DNA of 64,000 nucleotides from an uncultured Eubacteriales bacterium (GTDB lineage: Bacteria; Bacillota; Clostridia; Oscillospirales; Acutalibacteraceae): positions 16,358 to 80,357 of the forward strand of contig ONCY01000001.1 of the NCBI GenBank assembly GCA_900316435.1. The letters are read 5' to 3'. This document shows positions 1 to 10,266 of the stretch, piece by piece; the stretch's first letter is position 1; each line of letters opens with the position of its first letter. The position numbers and the translations under genes were made by a program. The notes below the pieces were generated by a model that searched no databases, was not told the origin of the DNA, and saw only the letters and a program-made list of their open reading frames with translations.

Positions 1-184
1 CAAAGCCTTCGGGAATGGAGGCAGTTGATTCAGATGTTTCCATTACCCATTTACCGGGAAAGAAAGGCTTTGCCTCTGTTGCGGACGCTTCGTCGGGGCT
101 TGCCGAGCTGCTCTCGGAGCCGCCGCAGGCGCACAGCGCGAACACAAGCGCCAGCGCGGTGATTATTACAATTGCTTTTTTCAT
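1..184 (-). CDS. Putative lipoprotein (runs off window start), paralog-like to next gene
   Basis: Not in ORF track. Manual translation from ATG at 184: MKKAIVIITALALVFALCACGGSESSS...PGKWVMET. AAGGAG RBS, signal peptide and lipobox. Confidence 0.75.
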   Translation of the reverse strand, partial: MKKAIVIITALALVFALCACGGSESSSASPDEASATEAKPFFPGKWVMETSESTASIPEGF

Positions 185-201
185 TTTAACTCCTTAAAAC
201 G

Positions 202-660
202 TCAGCCGACGCGGTTCATATAGATAATGCTGGGGCTGCTGTCGGGCTTGTCAAGCGTCAGCTTGTCGCCGTCAACGGTTGCGGTGAACTTGCCGTTTTC
301 GTCCTGTTCCGAGGTCTGGCTGCGGAACGAAAGGGTAGCGTGAGTGAATACAAAATCGTACACGTTTTCCTTATCGCTTTTTTTGTAGGTTCCCGTCATA
401 ACGACCGACATCTCGTCGCCCTGTGCGATCTGAGCCTGAGTCATCGTAAATGTTTCGTCGTCGAAAACTTCCATCGAAGCCTTGAAGTCGACGCCCGGCG
501 TGCGGCTGGTGTCGGATTCATAGGAATCCAAATCCCATTTGCCGAGAATTCCCGTGGATGTTATGCTGCTTTCGCCCTCCGAGCTGCTGTCTGAGCCAGA
601 GCATGAGCAGAGCGCCAGAGCGAATACAAGTGTCAACATAAGTGCAAGTGCTTTTTTCAT
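202..660 (-). CDS. Putative lipoprotein, possible lipocalin-like beta-barrel
   Basis: MKKALAL...LCSC lipobox, Ser-rich linker, GKW motif; AGGAG RBS before ATG at 660. Confidence 0.75.
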   Translation of the reverse strand: MKKALALMLTLVFALALCSCSGSDSSSEGESSITSTGILGKWDLDSYESDTSRTPGVDFKASMEVFDDETFTMTQAQIAQGDEMSVVMTGTYKKSDKENVYDFVFTHATLSFRSQTSEQDENGKFTATVDGDKLTLDKPDSSPSIIYMNRVG

Positions 661-687
661 GTGATTCTCCTTATACATTATTTATTG

Positions 688-1143
688 TTAAAATTCAACA
701 TCTTTAATGAACGTCTTGCCGCCGAACGCAAAGGTGCCGCCGTCGACGTACCAGGTGTTGGAGTTTACGTTGCCAAGCGAGTCTACCCACACATACGCCT
801 TTTCGGCAAAGGCGTCATCGTCATAGGTGAGGGTGAGCAGCCCGCCTTTTTCGTCAAGGGCAGCCTTGCCCGAATATCTGTCGGCTTTTATGTAGTGGGT
901 AAAGTCAAGATCGTCGTTAAACTTTATTTTCTCGTTGAGGTCGTTCTGATTTACCCATGCGCACGCTAAAACGCCCTTTAGGTGCGATTCGCTCAGGTTA
1001 AACGGAGCCGCGTTGGTCGCCGCCTGAGTTTCCGCCTGCGATGACGCGGCGCTGCTGCCGTTGCCGCCGCAGCCCGCCAAAAGGCTGAGACAGAGCGCGC
1101 ATGCCGCCGCTGCTGCAATTATTCTTTTCATTATATATGTCAT
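688..1143 (-). CDS. Putative lipoprotein, unknown function
   Basis: LAGC lipobox, Ala/Ser/Gln linker, GGAGG RBS. Confidence 0.75.
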   Translation of the reverse strand: MTYIMKRIIAAAAACALCLSLLAGCGGNGSSAASSQAETQAATNAAPFNLSESHLKGVLACAWVNQNDLNEKIKFNDDLDFTHYIKADRYSGKAALDEKGGLLTLTYDDDAFAEKAYVWVDSLGNVNSNTWYVDGGTFAFGGKTFIKDVEF

Positions 1144-1171
1144 ATGTCCTCCGTGTTTTGAGCTTTGCTCA

Positions 1172-1687
1172 TTAAAATTCTATTCCTATTCTGCCGGTTA
1201 TACCGGTGTCGTAAGGGTGCTTTACCTTTTTCATCTCGGTAACGTAATCCGCTTCGTCGATAAAGCGCTGAGAAGGATTGTGCCCGGTCATTACTATTTC
1301 AATGCTGTTGGGAGCGTTGGTGATGAACTCCAGCACCCCGGCCTCGCCCAGCATACCTTCTCCCATAAGGTCAAAAATCTCGTCCAGCACTATCATGTCG
1401 TAGCGCTCCGAGAGAGCCGCCGCGGCGCTGCGCTCGAATATTCCCTTGAAAGCCGCCGAAGCCTGCTGCTTTTCGGCGTCGGTCATGTCAAAGGTAAATT
1501 TAAGCTCGTCGGGGCAGGACGTGACGGTCACGTTGTCAAGCTGCTTAAGCACGTTGCGCTCGCCCGAGAATTCGGTTTTCAAAAACTGCACAAACATAAC
1601 CTTCATCTTGCTGCCCGCCGCGCGTATCGCAAGCCCGACAGCAGCGGTGGTTTTGCCTTTTCCGTCGCCGTAATAAATATGAATCAT
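1172..1687 (-). CDS. cobO: Cob(I)yrinic acid a,c-diamide adenosyltransferase (CobO/BtuR family)
   Basis: IHIYYGDGKGKTTAA, VQFLK, LDEI, TGH, KHPYDTGI..GIEF motifs; GGGAGG RBS before ATG 1687. Confidence 0.9.
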   Translation of the reverse strand: MIHIYYGDGKGKTTAAVGLAIRAAGSKMKVMFVQFLKTEFSGERNVLKQLDNVTVTSCPDELKFTFDMTDAEKQQASAAFKGIFERSAAAALSERYDMIVLDEIFDLMGEGMLGEAGVLEFITNAPNSIEIVMTGHNPSQRFIDEADYVTEMKKVKHPYDTGITGRIGIEF

Positions 1688-1859
1688 AATATCCTCCCAT
1701 AAAACACACATCAAAAATCGGTGATCCCAAATTGGATTTACCCTTTTTATTATACCCCATAAGCAATTTTTTCGCAACCGTGGCAACTTGCACAAAAATA
1801 CACGCTATTGTCAGCTGAAGTTCTACACGGGAATTTTTGCGGAAAATTCGGCTAAAACC

Positions 1860-1888
1860 TTGCATTTTCACGCTCTTAATAGTATAAT
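1860..1888 (+). promoter_or_regulatory. SigA-type promoter of S10 operon
   Basis: TTGCAT-17 bp-TATAAT upstream of the rpsJ leader. Confidence 0.75.
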
Positions 1889-1914
1889 AAATCCTGCGTG
1901 ACTGCACATAGATA

Positions 1915-1990
1915 TGCGATGAAGCGGGAGGTTGCGGCTTTTACAGCCGGTTTTTCCGTGGAGTATGTCCGATTTTAAACCGGGCGATTT
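1915..1990 (+). ncRNA. Firmicute S10 (rpsJ) leader-like RNA element
   Basis: GCGATGAAGCGGGAGGTTGC...GGTTTTTCCGTGGAG..TGTCCG...CGGGCGA resembles the Bacillus/Clostridia rpsJ leader as recalled from memory; position just after the promoter. Confidence 0.6.
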
Positions 1991-2070
1991 ACAATGAAAC
2001 ACATAGAGCGTTACTGCGGCTTACTTTGGGTTGCTAAGCTATAGGTATGCTCTGCGCTTTCAGAACGGAC

Positions 2071-2102
2071 CCGTTAAAACTGAACAGTTTAACGGCTTTT
2101 TT
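2071..2102 (+). terminator. Intrinsic-terminator-like hairpin inside the rpsJ leader (possible attenuator)
   Basis: CCGTTAAAACTG-AA-CAGTTTAACGG followed by CTTTTTT. Confidence 0.5.
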
Positions 2103-2168
2103 AATGCAGGGTGACGAAACACCCGGCCGTGTGGAAAGAAAAGTTTTGAAGGCAAGCGCCCGTCTCAC

Positions 2169-2297
2169 AGAAGCGCTTCGTCACGGAGCCCGGAAATAGC
2201 GACCGGCGAGGACTGGCCTGCAAGTCAACCCCGGTTGACGCGGCAGGGCAGACGAGTGTAAGCTATTTACGGATCAGCACAGTGACAGGAAGCGTGA
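2169..2297 (+). repeat. Nested structured repeat, copy A
   Basis: AGAAGCGC..CGGAGC-CCGGAAATAGCGACCGGCGAGGACT-[stem]-AGACGAGTGTAAGCTATTTACGG..GAAGCGTGA; shared with 2636-2786 and 14923-14977. Confidence 0.85.
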
Positions 2298-2324
2298 TAC
2301 GAAATTACTAAGGAGGCGACGAAA

Positions 2325-2636
2325 ATGGCAGTCAAGGAAAAAATCAGGATAAGATTAAAGGGTTATGATCATCAGCTCGTTGATCAGTCGGCAGAGAGAA
2401 TCGTGGCTACAGCCAAGCGCACAGGCGCTAAGGTTTCAGGCCCCGTTCCGCTCCCCACCGAGAAGCAGATCGTTACTATTCTGCGCGCTGTTCATAAGTA
2501 TAAGGACAGCCGTGAGCAGTTTGAGATCCGCACCCACAAGCGTCTTATCGACATCTTAAGACCGTCAAACAAGACAGTCGAGGCTCTTATGAGCTTAGAG
2601 CTCCCTGCCGGCGTTGATATTGAGATTAAGCTGTAA
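2325..2636 (+). CDS. rpsJ: 30S ribosomal protein S10
   Basis: [39 protein letters not shown]. Confidence 0.99.
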   Translation: MAVKEKIRIRLKGYDHQLVDQSAERIVATAKRTGAKVSGPVPLPTEKQIVTILRAVHKYKDSREQFEIRTHKRLIDILRPSNKTVEALMSLELPAGVDIEIKL

Positions 2637-2786
2637 GAAGCGCTGAGGTCCGGAGCCCGGAAATAACGACCGGCGAGGACTAAGCAATTAAGGAATTCAA
2701 ACCGATAAAAAATATTAATCGGGAATTCATTAATTGATTAGACGAGTGGAAGTTATTTTCGGATAAGCGGAGGACAACGAAGCGTG
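2636..2786 (+). repeat. Nested structured repeat, copy B
   Basis: Same arms as copy A with compensatory changes and a different AT-rich central stem. Confidence 0.85.
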
Positions 2787-2871
2787 ACAGTGCAAATTTC
2801 GGATACCAACCTACAAGCAGACAGGGTCATGTTGGCTAAGCCAACCAATAACCTACAAGGAGGATAAATTC

Positions 2872-3504
2872 ATGCAGAAAGCAATCATCGGCAAGAAAAT
2901 CGGTATGACACAGATTTTCGATGAAAAGGGAAGAGTTGTTCCCGTAACTGTTGTTGAGGCAGGCCCCTGTGTGGTAACCGCCAAGAAAACAGTTGAAAAC
3001 GACGGCTACGCATCCGTTCAGCTCGGCTTCGGCGATTTAAAGCCCAATAAGGTAACAAAACCCATGAAGGGCTTTTTCGACAAAGCAGGCGTAGCTCCAA
3101 AAAAGACTCTTAAAGAGTTCCGTTTCGCTGACACAGACGCTTACAACGTAGGCGACCTTGTTAAGGCGGACGTGTTCACCCCCGGCGACAAGATTGACGT
3201 TACCGGCAAGAGCAAGGGTAAAGGAACCGCAGGCGTTATCAAGAGATGGAACTTCCATCGCCTTAAGGAAACCCACGGTACAGGCCCCTGCGTTCGTCAC
3301 GGCGGCTCAATCGGTGCCTGCTCAAGCCCCTCACGCGTTTGGAAGGGCAAGAAGATGGCAGGTCACCTCGGCGCGGAGCAGGTAACAGTTCAGAACCTCA
3401 CAGTTGTTAAGGTTGACGCTGAAAACAACCTCATCGCTGTTAAGGGCGCTGTTCCCGGTCCCAACAAAGGAATCGTTATTCTTAAAGATTCCGTAAAGGC
3501 TTAA
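2872..3504 (+). CDS. rplC: 50S ribosomal protein L3
   Basis: [29 protein letters not shown]. Confidence 0.99.
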   Translation: MQKAIIGKKIGMTQIFDEKGRVVPVTVVEAGPCVVTAKKTVENDGYASVQLGFGDLKPNKVTKPMKGFFDKAGVAPKKTLKEFRFADTDAYNVGDLVKADVFTPGDKIDVTGKSKGKGTAGVIKRWNFHRLKETHGTGPCVRHGGSIGACSSPSRVWKGKKMAGHLGAEQVTVQNLTVVKVDAENNLIAVKGAVPGPNKGIVILKDSVKA

Positions 3505-3520
3505 GGAAGGGGGATTATAA

Positions 3521-4144
3521 ATGCCTAATATTTCAGTTGTAGATATGGAAGGCAAGCAGGTCGGCACCGTTGACCTCAGCGATTCCATCTTCGGTATTGA
3601 GCCCAACGCGGCGGTTATGCACCAGGTAGTATTAAGCTATCTTGCAGCTCAGCGTCAGGGCACACAGTCTGCTCTTACCAGAGCGGAGGTTTCCGGCGGC
3701 GGCAGAAAGCCGTGGCGCCAGAAGGGCACAGGCCGCGCAAGACAGGGCTCGACACGCGCTCCCCAGTGGACACACGGCGGCGTTGTTTTCGCTCCCAAGC
3801 CCAGAGATTACAGATTCACAATCAACAAGAAGGAAAGAAGACTTGCTCTTAAGTCAGCTCTTTCGGTTAAGGCTGCTGATTCTGACATCATCGTTGTTGA
3901 TTCAATCAAAACCGATGAGTACAAGACAAAGAAAATCGTTGCAATGCTCGGCGCGATCGGAGCTGACAAAAAGGCCCTCATCGTTCTTCCCGAGGTTGAC
4001 AGCAAGGTTATTAAGTCCGCGAACAACATTCCCGGCGTAAAGACAGCTCAGGTCAACACAATCAATGTTTACGACATTCTCAATGCTGACAAGCTCATCA
4101 TCGCCAAGGACGCGGTAAGCAAGATCGAGGAGGTATACGCATGA
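3521..4144 (+). CDS. rplD: 50S ribosomal protein L4
   Basis: [22 protein letters not shown]. Confidence 0.99.
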   Translation: MPNISVVDMEGKQVGTVDLSDSIFGIEPNAAVMHQVVLSYLAAQRQGTQSALTRAEVSGGGRKPWRQKGTGRARQGSTRAPQWTHGGVVFAPKPRDYRFTINKKERRLALKSALSVKAADSDIIVVDSIKTDEYKTKKIVAMLGAIGADKKALIVLPEVDSKVIKSANNIPGVKTAQVNTINVYDILNADKLIIAKDAVSKIEEVYA

Positions 4145-4434
4145 TAGCTCACGATATTGTAATTCGCCCGATCATCACCGAAAAGAGCATGCTCGGCGCG
4201 GTAAACAAGGTTTATACCTTTGAAGTTGCTAAAACAGCTAACAAAATCGAAATCGCAAAAGCTTGCGAGGCGATCTTTAAGGTAAAGGTTGCCAAGGTCA
4301 ACACCGTAAGCGTCCGCGGCAAGTTCCGCCGCCAGGGCAGAAACAACGGCGGTTACACAAAGAGCTGGAAAAAGGCTATCGTAACCCTGACCGAGGACAG
4401 CAAGCCTATCGAATTTTTTGAAGGCATGATGTAA
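4141..4434 (+). CDS. rplW: 50S ribosomal protein L23
   Basis: [22 protein letters not shown]; operon position. Confidence 0.98.
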   Translation: MIAHDIVIRPIITEKSMLGAVNKVYTFEVAKTANKIEIAKACEAIFKVKVAKVNTVSVRGKFRRQGRNNGGYTKSWKKAIVTLTEDSKPIEFFEGMM

Positions 4435-4595
4435 TGCTTCAAGTCAATATGAACCTCGAAAGTCTTTGCGGCATATTTCCCCCAGCCCTTCGTCAAAAAT
4501 CCTCGCAAGGCGACAGCCTTGCTGCGGTTTTTTCCTCGGTCTGAGAAAAATCTGCCCGCAAATCCAATTTGAGAACCATATTGCCTTAAAGCATC
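4434..4595. repeat. Long imperfect palindrome in the rplW-rplB spacer
   Basis: Nested pairings ATGCTT/AAGCAT, CAATATG/CATATTG, TTTGCGG/CCGCAAA, GCAAGGC-GACA-GCCTTGC. Confidence 0.7.
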
Positions 4596-4704
4596 CGAAG
4601 CGCCTCGGCTCTTCGCAGAATGTGCGTTGGTTGCAGGCGCTTGGAAAATTGTAGTTATGGGAGAAGCCGCTCCCGCAAAACCATCATGAGGAGAGTGAAA
4701 CCAA

Positions 4705-5495
4705 ATGGCAATTAAAGTTTACAAGCCGACTATCAACTCCAGAAGAAATATGTCGGTAATTGACTATTCAAGTCTTTCCAAGGTTGCCCCCGAAAAAAGC
4801 TTACTTGCTCCCCTGAACAAGAAAGCCGGCCGTAACAGCTACGGCAGAATCACGGTTCGTCACAGAGGCGGCGGCAACAGAAGAAAATATCGTATCATCG
4901 ACTCGAGTACGATCCCAACCGTTCCGCGTTTATCGCGCTGGTTGAGTACGCAGACGGCGACAAGGCTTATATCCTTGCTCCCGAGGGACTTAAGGTTGGC
5001 TACAAGGTAGTAGCAGGCGAGAACGTTGATATCTGGCCCGGCAACGCCCTTCCGCTCAACTGCATTCCCGTTGGTACTATCGTTCACAACATTGAGCTCT
5101 ATCCCGGCAGAGGCGGCCAGATGGCTCGTTCAGCGGGCAACATGGCTCAGCTTATGGCTAGAGAGGACGGCTACGCACTCTTAAGACTTCCCTCAGGCGA
5201 GCTGAGAAAGGTAAGCGAGAAGTGCATGGCTACAGTAGGCCAGGTAAGTAACCCCGACCACTTTAACGTTAAAATCGGTAAAGCAGGCCGTAAGAGAAAC
5301 ATGGGCTGGCGTCCTACCGTCCGCGGTTCCGTAATGAACCCGAACGACCACCCGCACGGCGGCGGTGAGGGTAAATCACCTGTCGGCCGTCCCGGACCTG
5401 TTACCCCGTGGGGTAAGCCCGCTCTCGGTTACAAGACACGTAAGCACAACAAGCAGAGCGACAAGCTTATCGTAAGAAGAAGAAACGGTAAGTAA
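4705..5495 (+). pseudogene. rplB: 50S ribosomal protein L2, broken by an apparent ~43-nt deletion and frameshift near 4903 (probably an assembly artefact)
   Basis: ...RKYRIID is joined out of frame to EYDPNRSA...; the FKR...TI segment is missing; C-terminal [13 protein letters not shown] intact. Confidence 0.85.
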
Positions 5496-5516
5496 GGCGA
5501 GAAAGGAGCTTAAATT

Positions 5517-5789
5517 ATGAGTAGAAGTACAAAAAAGGGTCCTTTTGTTCAGCCTGTCCTGCTCAAAAGAGTCCTTGAAATGAACGAAAAGGGCGAAAAG
5601 AGAATTCTTAAGACCTGGTCAAGAAGCTCGACAATTTTCCCCGAATTCGTCGGTCATACATTTGCGGTTCATGACGGCCGCAAGCACGTTCCGGTATACG
5701 TTACAGAGGATATGGTTGGTCACAAGCTCGGTGAGTTTGCCCCCACAAGAACCTTTAAGGGTCACGCCGGTTCAAAGACAAGCAAATAA
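5517..5789 (+). CDS. rpsS: 30S ribosomal protein S19
   Basis: [29 protein letters not shown]. Confidence 0.99.
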   Translation: MSRSTKKGPFVQPVLLKRVLEMNEKGEKRILKTWSRSSTIFPEFVGHTFAVHDGRKHVPVYVTEDMVGHKLGEFAPTRTFKGHAGSKTSK

Positions 5790-5809
5790 GCGGAAGGAGA
5801 GTATTGCAA

Positions 5810-6148
5810 ATGGAAGCTAAGGCAATTGCGAAGTTTGTTCGCGTTTCACCCCGCAAAGTTGGCGTAGTTTTGGACCTCATCAGAGGAAAGGACGTCAAGT
5901 ACGCGGAAGCTGTTCTCAAGCACACTCCCAAGGCCGCTTGCGAGCCGCTGCTTAAGCTGCTCAAGTCAGCGATGGCAAACGCTGAGAACAACCATGACAT
6001 GGATGTATCCAGGCTGTACATTGCCCAGTGCAACGCCACAGCAGGCCCCATCCTTAAAAGAATTCGTCCGAGAGCACAGGGCAGAGCGTTCCGCATCAAC
6101 AAAAGAACCTCTCACATCACCCTCGTTCTCAAGGAAAAAGAAGACTAA
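5810..6148 (+). CDS. rplV: 50S ribosomal protein L22
   Basis: [22 protein letters not shown]. Confidence 0.98.
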   Translation: MEAKAIAKFVRVSPRKVGVVLDLIRGKDVKYAEAVLKHTPKAACEPLLKLLKSAMANAENNHDMDVSRLYIAQCNATAGPILKRIRPRAQGRAFRINKRTSHITLVLKEKED

Positions 6149-6163
6149 GGGGAGGTTTAAAAT

Positions 6164-6844
6164 ATGGGACAGAAAGTTAATCCACACGGCCTCAGAGTCG
6201 GTGTAATCAAAGATTGGGATTCCCGTTGGTTCGCTAACAAAAAGGATTTCGGTGCTACTCTTGTTGAGGACTACAACCTCCGTAAGACACTGAAAAAGCA
6301 GCTTTACAACTTCGGTATCTCAAAAATCGAAATCGAAAGAGACGGCAAAAAGGTTCGCATCAGCATTCACTGCGCTAAGCCCGGTCTGGTAATCGGCAAG
6401 GGCGGCTCCGAAATCGAGAAGCTCAAGGCTCAGTGCGAGAAGATGTTAGGCAAGCCCGTCAATATCAACATTGTTGAGGTTAAGGCACCCGAGCTCGACG
6501 CTCAGCTTACCGCCGAGAACATCGCTCAGCAGCTGGAAAAGAGAATCTCTTTCCGCCGCGCTATGAAGCAGAGCATCGGCAACGCTATGCGCCGCGGCGC
6601 CAAGGGTATCAAGATCATGTGTTCAGGCCGTCTCGGCGGTGCTGAGATTGCCCGCAGCGAGCAGTATCACGAGGGCACAATCCCGCTTCAGACGCTTCGT
6701 GCCGACATCGACTACGGCTTTGCCGAGGCTAACACAACCTACGGTAAGGTCGGCGTCAAGGTTTGGCTCTACAAGGGCGAGGTTCTTAACGTAAACGAGA
6801 ACAAGCCCGCGAGACGTCCCCGCAGAGAAGGAGGCAGAAAATAA
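6164..6844 (+). CDS. rpsC: 30S ribosomal protein S3
   Basis: [35 protein letters not shown]. Confidence 0.99.
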   Translation: MGQKVNPHGLRVGVIKDWDSRWFANKKDFGATLVEDYNLRKTLKKQLYNFGISKIEIERDGKKVRISIHCAKPGLVIGKGGSEIEKLKAQCEKMLGKPVNINIVEVKAPELDAQLTAENIAQQLEKRISFRRAMKQSIGNAMRRGAKGIKIMCSGRLGGAEIARSEQYHEGTIPLQTLRADIDYGFAEANTTYGKVGVKVWLYKGEVLNVNENKPARRPRREGGRK

Positions 6845-7263
6845 TGTTAATGCCTAAAAGAGTTAAATACAGAAGAGTTCACCGCGGCAGAATGACCGGT
6901 AAGGCGCTCAGAGGCAACAAGGTTACCTACGGCGAGTACGGCCTTCAGGCTACAGAGCCCGCGTGGATCACTTCAAACCAGATCGAGGCAGCCCGTGTCG
7001 CCATGACCCGTTACTGCAAAAGATTTGGTAAGGTTTGGATCAAGATTTTCCCTGACAAGCCTATCACCGCAAGACCCGCCGAAACCCGTATGGGTAAAGG
7101 TAAAGGTAACGTTGAGTATTGGGTAGCGGTTGTTAAGCCCGGCAGAGTTATGTTTGAGCTTGCCGGCGTTGACGAGGCTACAGCCAGAGAGGCTATGCGC
7201 CTTGCGGCTAACAAGCTTCCCATTAAGTGCAAATTCGTTAAGAAAGAGGAGGGTGAGCAGTAA
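6844..7263 (+). CDS. rplP: 50S ribosomal protein L16
   Basis: [18 protein letters not shown]. Confidence 0.99.
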   Translation: MLMPKRVKYRRVHRGRMTGKALRGNKVTYGEYGLQATEPAWITSNQIEAARVAMTRYCKRFGKVWIKIFPDKPITARPAETRMGKGKGNVEYWVAVVKPGRVMFELAGVDEATAREAMRLAANKLPIKCKFVKKEEGEQ

Positions 7264-7463
7264 TGAAAGCATCAGAACTCAAAGAACTGACGGTTGAAGA
7301 GCTTCAGACAAAGCTCACCGAGCTCAAAACAGAGCTTTTCAATCTTCGTTTCCAGCTTGCTGTAAATCAGCTCGAAAACTCAAACCGCATCGGCGCGGTA
7401 AAGAAGGACATAGCAAGAGTATCCACAGTTCTTCGTCAGCGCGAGCTTGCGGGTGAAGACTAA
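7263..7463 (+). CDS. rpmC: 50S ribosomal protein L29
   Basis: [15 protein letters not shown]. Confidence 0.98.
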   Translation: MKASELKELTVEELQTKLTELKTELFNLRFQLAVNQLENSNRIGAVKKDIARVSTVLRQRELAGED

Positions 7464-7481
7464 CAGAGGGAGGACTTAACA

Positions 7482-7739
7482 GTGAGTGAAAGAAATATGA
7501 GAAAGACCGTTATCGGCAGAGTCGTAAGCGACAAGATGGACAAGACCATCGTCGTAGCGGTCGAGGACAGCGTAAAGCATAAGCTTTACAACAAAATTGT
7601 TAAGCGTACCGTTCGCTTCAAGGCGCATGACGAAAACAACGAGTGCGGCGTAGGCGACCGTGTAAAGATTATGGAGACCCGTCCTCTTTCTAAGGATAAA
7701 AGATGGAGACTCGTCGAGATTATCGAGAAGGCGAAGTAA
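7482..7739 (+). CDS. rpsQ: 30S ribosomal protein S17
   Basis: [23 protein letters not shown]. Confidence 0.99.
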   Translation: MSERNMRKTVIGRVVSDKMDKTIVVAVEDSVKHKLYNKIVKRTVRFKAHDENNECGVGDRVKIMETRPLSKDKRWRLVEIIEKAK

Positions 7740-7825
7740 GATATTTCTTACTTAATAAGTTATTTTAGCGACTTTGAGAGGCCGAGGCCGATACCTCGGT
7801 CTGAAACAAAAAGGAGGAATCTACT

Positions 7826-8194
7826 GTGATTCAGCAGCAAACCATCCTCAAGGTTGCCGACAACACCGGCGCAAAAGAACTTATGTGCATTCGTGTACTC
7901 GGCGGTACCAGAAGGAGATATGCCAATATTGGCGACGTTATAGTTGCTTCGGTTAAAAAAGCAGCACCCGGCGGCGTTGTAAAGAAGGGCGATGTTGTTA
8001 AGGCTGTTGTCGTTCGCTCCGCAAAGGGCGTAAGACGTGAGGACGGCACTTACATCCGCTTTGACGAAAACGCGGCTGTTATCATCAAGGAAGATAAGAA
8101 CCCCCGCGGTACTCGTATCTTCGGACCCGTAGCAAGAGAGCTTCGTGAAAAGGACTTCATGAAGATTTTGTCCCTCGCTCCGGAAGTACTTTAA
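7826..8194 (+). CDS. rplN: 50S ribosomal protein L14
   Basis: [27 protein letters not shown]. Confidence 0.99.
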   Translation: MIQQQTILKVADNTGAKELMCIRVLGGTRRRYANIGDVIVASVKKAAPGGVVKKGDVVKAVVVRSAKGVRREDGTYIRFDENAAVIIKEDKNPRGTRIFGPVARELREKDFMKILSLAPEVL

Positions 8195-8207
8195 TGGAGG
8201 TGTCACA

Positions 8208-8525
8208 ATGAGTAAAGTTCATGTAAAAACAGGCGACACCGTTATGGTAATCAGCGGTAAGGATAAGGGCAAAAAGGGCCAGGTTCTGGCTGTAAGCCCC
8301 ACAGAAGGCAAGGTTATCGTTGAGAAAATCAACATGGTATCCAAGCATGTAAAGCCCAGAAAGATGGGCGAGCAGGGCGGTATCGTAAAGGCCGAGGGCG
8401 CTATGTACGCTTCCAAGGTCCAGATCGTTTGCCCCCGCTGCAAAAAGCCCACAAGAGTTGCCCACAAGCTTTATGAGGACGGCTCCAAGGGCAGAATCTG
8501 CGCTAAATGCGGCGAAGCGCTTTAA
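8208..8525 (+). CDS. rplX: 50S ribosomal protein L24
   Basis: GDTVMVISGKDKGKKG KOW motif. Confidence 0.98.
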   Translation: MSKVHVKTGDTVMVISGKDKGKKGQVLAVSPTEGKVIVEKINMVSKHVKPRKMGEQGGIVKAEGAMYASKVQIVCPRCKKPTRVAHKLYEDGSKGRICAKCGEAL

Positions 8526-8539
8526 GGAGGAAATAAGAA

Positions 8540-9079
8540 ATGGCAAGACTGAAAGAAATGTATGTCAAAGAAGTTGCACCTGCTCTTATGTCTAAGTTCT
8601 CCTACAAGAGCACTATGCAGATCCCCAAGCTTGACAAGATCGTTGTCAACGTGGGCGCAGGTGAAGCAAGAGAAAATCCCAAGGTAATTGACGCAATCTG
8701 CAAGGATCTGGCCGCTATCACAGGTCAGAAGCCCCTTGTTTGCCACGCAAGAAAGTCAGTTGCTAACTTCAAGCTCAGAGAAGGCATGCCCATCGGCGTT
8801 AAGGTTACCCTTCGCGGCGAGAGAATGTACGAGTTCCTCGACAGATTCTTCAACGTTGCCCTTCCCCGCGTAAGAGACTTCAGAGGTATCAACCCCAACT
8901 CTTTCGACGGCAGAGGCAACTACAACATGGGTCTTAAAGAGCAGCTCATCTTCCCCGAGATCGACTATGACAAGATTGACAAGGTTCGCGGCATGGACAT
9001 CTGCTTTGTTACCACCGCGAAAACAGACGAAGAGGCCCGTGAGCTCCTGACTCTTATGGGCGCACCGTTTTCAAAGTAA
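8540..9079 (+). CDS. rplE: 50S ribosomal protein L5
   Basis: [26 protein letters not shown]. Confidence 0.99.
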   Translation: MARLKEMYVKEVAPALMSKFSYKSTMQIPKLDKIVVNVGAGEARENPKVIDAICKDLAAITGQKPLVCHARKSVANFKLREGMPIGVKVTLRGERMYEFLDRFFNVALPRVRDFRGINPNSFDGRGNYNMGLKEQLIFPEIDYDKIDKVRGMDICFVTTAKTDEEARELLTLMGAPFSK

Positions 9080-9091
9080 GGAGGGATTGTT

Positions 9092-9277
9092 GTGGCTAAG
9101 ACAGCTATGAAAGTTAAGCAGCAGAGAAAGCAAAAGTTCTCAACAAGAGAGTACTCAAGATGTAACATCTGCGGTAGACCACACGCCTACCTCCGCAAGT
9201 ATGGTATTTGTCGTATTTGCTTCCGTGAGCTCGCTTACAAGGGCGAAATCCCGGGCGTAAAGAAAGCAAGCTGGTAA
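9092..9277 (+). CDS. rpsN: 30S ribosomal protein S14, zinc-binding type Z
   Basis: RCNICGRP...CRICFRE, 61 aa. Confidence 0.98.
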   Translation: MAKTAMKVKQQRKQKFSTREYSRCNICGRPHAYLRKYGICRICFRELAYKGEIPGVKKASW

Positions 9278-9295
9278 GCAAGGAGGAAAAAGGTA

Positions 9296-9694
9296 ATGCA
9301 GATTACAGATACAATCGCTGATTTGCTGACAAGAATCAGAAACGCAAACTCGGCGAAACACGATTCTGTTGAAATCCCCGCTTCAAACCTGAAGAAATCC
9401 ATTTGTCAGATTCTTGCTGACGAGGGATACATCAAGGGATTCAACGTTATTGAGGACGGCAAGCAGGGCATCATCAAGGTTACTCTTAAGTACCTTGAGG
9501 GCAAGACCCCCGTTATTACAGGTCTGCGCCGCGTTTCCAAGCCCGGCCTGCGTATTTACAGCAATGCAGAGGATATGCCCAAGGTAATGAAGGGCCTCGG
9601 CGTAGCGATCATCTCAACCTCAAAGGGTGTTATGACTGACCGCGACGCAAGAGCTCAGCATATCGGCGGCGAAGTTCTCGCTTACATCTGGTAA
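9296..9694 (+). CDS. rpsH: 30S ribosomal protein S8
   Basis: [27 protein letters not shown]. Confidence 0.99.
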   Translation: MQITDTIADLLTRIRNANSAKHDSVEIPASNLKKSICQILADEGYIKGFNVIEDGKQGIIKVTLKYLEGKTPVITGLRRVSKPGLRIYSNAEDMPKVMKGLGVAIISTSKGVMTDRDARAQHIGGEVLAYIW

Positions 9695-9706
9695 GGAGGT
9701 GCGACA

Positions 9707-10249
9707 ATGTCTCGAATTGGAAGAAAACCGATAAATATTCCCGCCGGCGTCGACGTTAAGGTCGAAAACGGCGTTGTAACCGTCAAGGGACCCAAGGGCG
9801 AGCTTACCTACAAGTACAACCCCGCCATGACGGTTGAAGTCAAAGGCGCAGAGATCGAAGTCTCCCGTCCCGATGACAAGAAAGAGAACCGCTCGCTCCA
9901 CGGCCTGACAAGAACGCTCATCAACAACATGGTTGTAGGCGTTACCGAGGGCTACAAAAAGGAGCTTGACGTAAACGGCGTTGGTTACCGTGTTCAGAAG
10001 CAGGGCAACAAGGCTGTTATGAACCTGGGCTACTCGCATCAGGTAATCGTTGAGGAAACCGAGGACATCAAAATCGAAGTCCCCAACCCCAACAAAATCG
10101 TTATTATCGGCATTGATAAGCAAAAGGTTGGTCAGTTTGCTGCCGAAGTCAGAGAAAAACGTCCGCCCGAGCCTTATAAGGGTAAAGGTATTAAGTACGT
10201 TGACGAATATATCCGCCGCAAGGAAGGCAAAGCCGGTAAGGGTAAATAA
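9707..10249 (+). CDS. rplF: 50S ribosomal protein L6
   Basis: MSRIGRKP, RPPEPYKGKGI. Confidence 0.99.
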   Translation: MSRIGRKPINIPAGVDVKVENGVVTVKGPKGELTYKYNPAMTVEVKGAEIEVSRPDDKKENRSLHGLTRTLINNMVVGVTEGYKKELDVNGVGYRVQKQGNKAVMNLGYSHQVIVEETEDIKIEVPNPNKIVIIGIDKQKVGQFAAEVREKRPPEPYKGKGIKYVDEYIRRKEGKAGKGK

Positions 10250-10266
10250 TTAAGGAGTGATTCAGC

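Noticed and set aside
1690..1860. Cobalamin riboswitch upstream of cobO
   Set aside because: No recognisable B12-box motifs; the region is short and shared with the divergent promoter
1994..2044. Leader peptide MKHIERYCGLLWVAKL in the rpsJ leader
   Set aside because: No convincing RBS; overlaps a hairpin; likely chance
4895..4910. Programmed ribosomal frameshift in rplB or adk
   Set aside because: Conserved residues are physically missing, so recoding could not restore the protein
7770..7805. Hairpin before rplN (and a small one before rpoA, ~16700-16720) as new regulatory RNAs
   Set aside because: Single short stems with no covariation evidence available in this window
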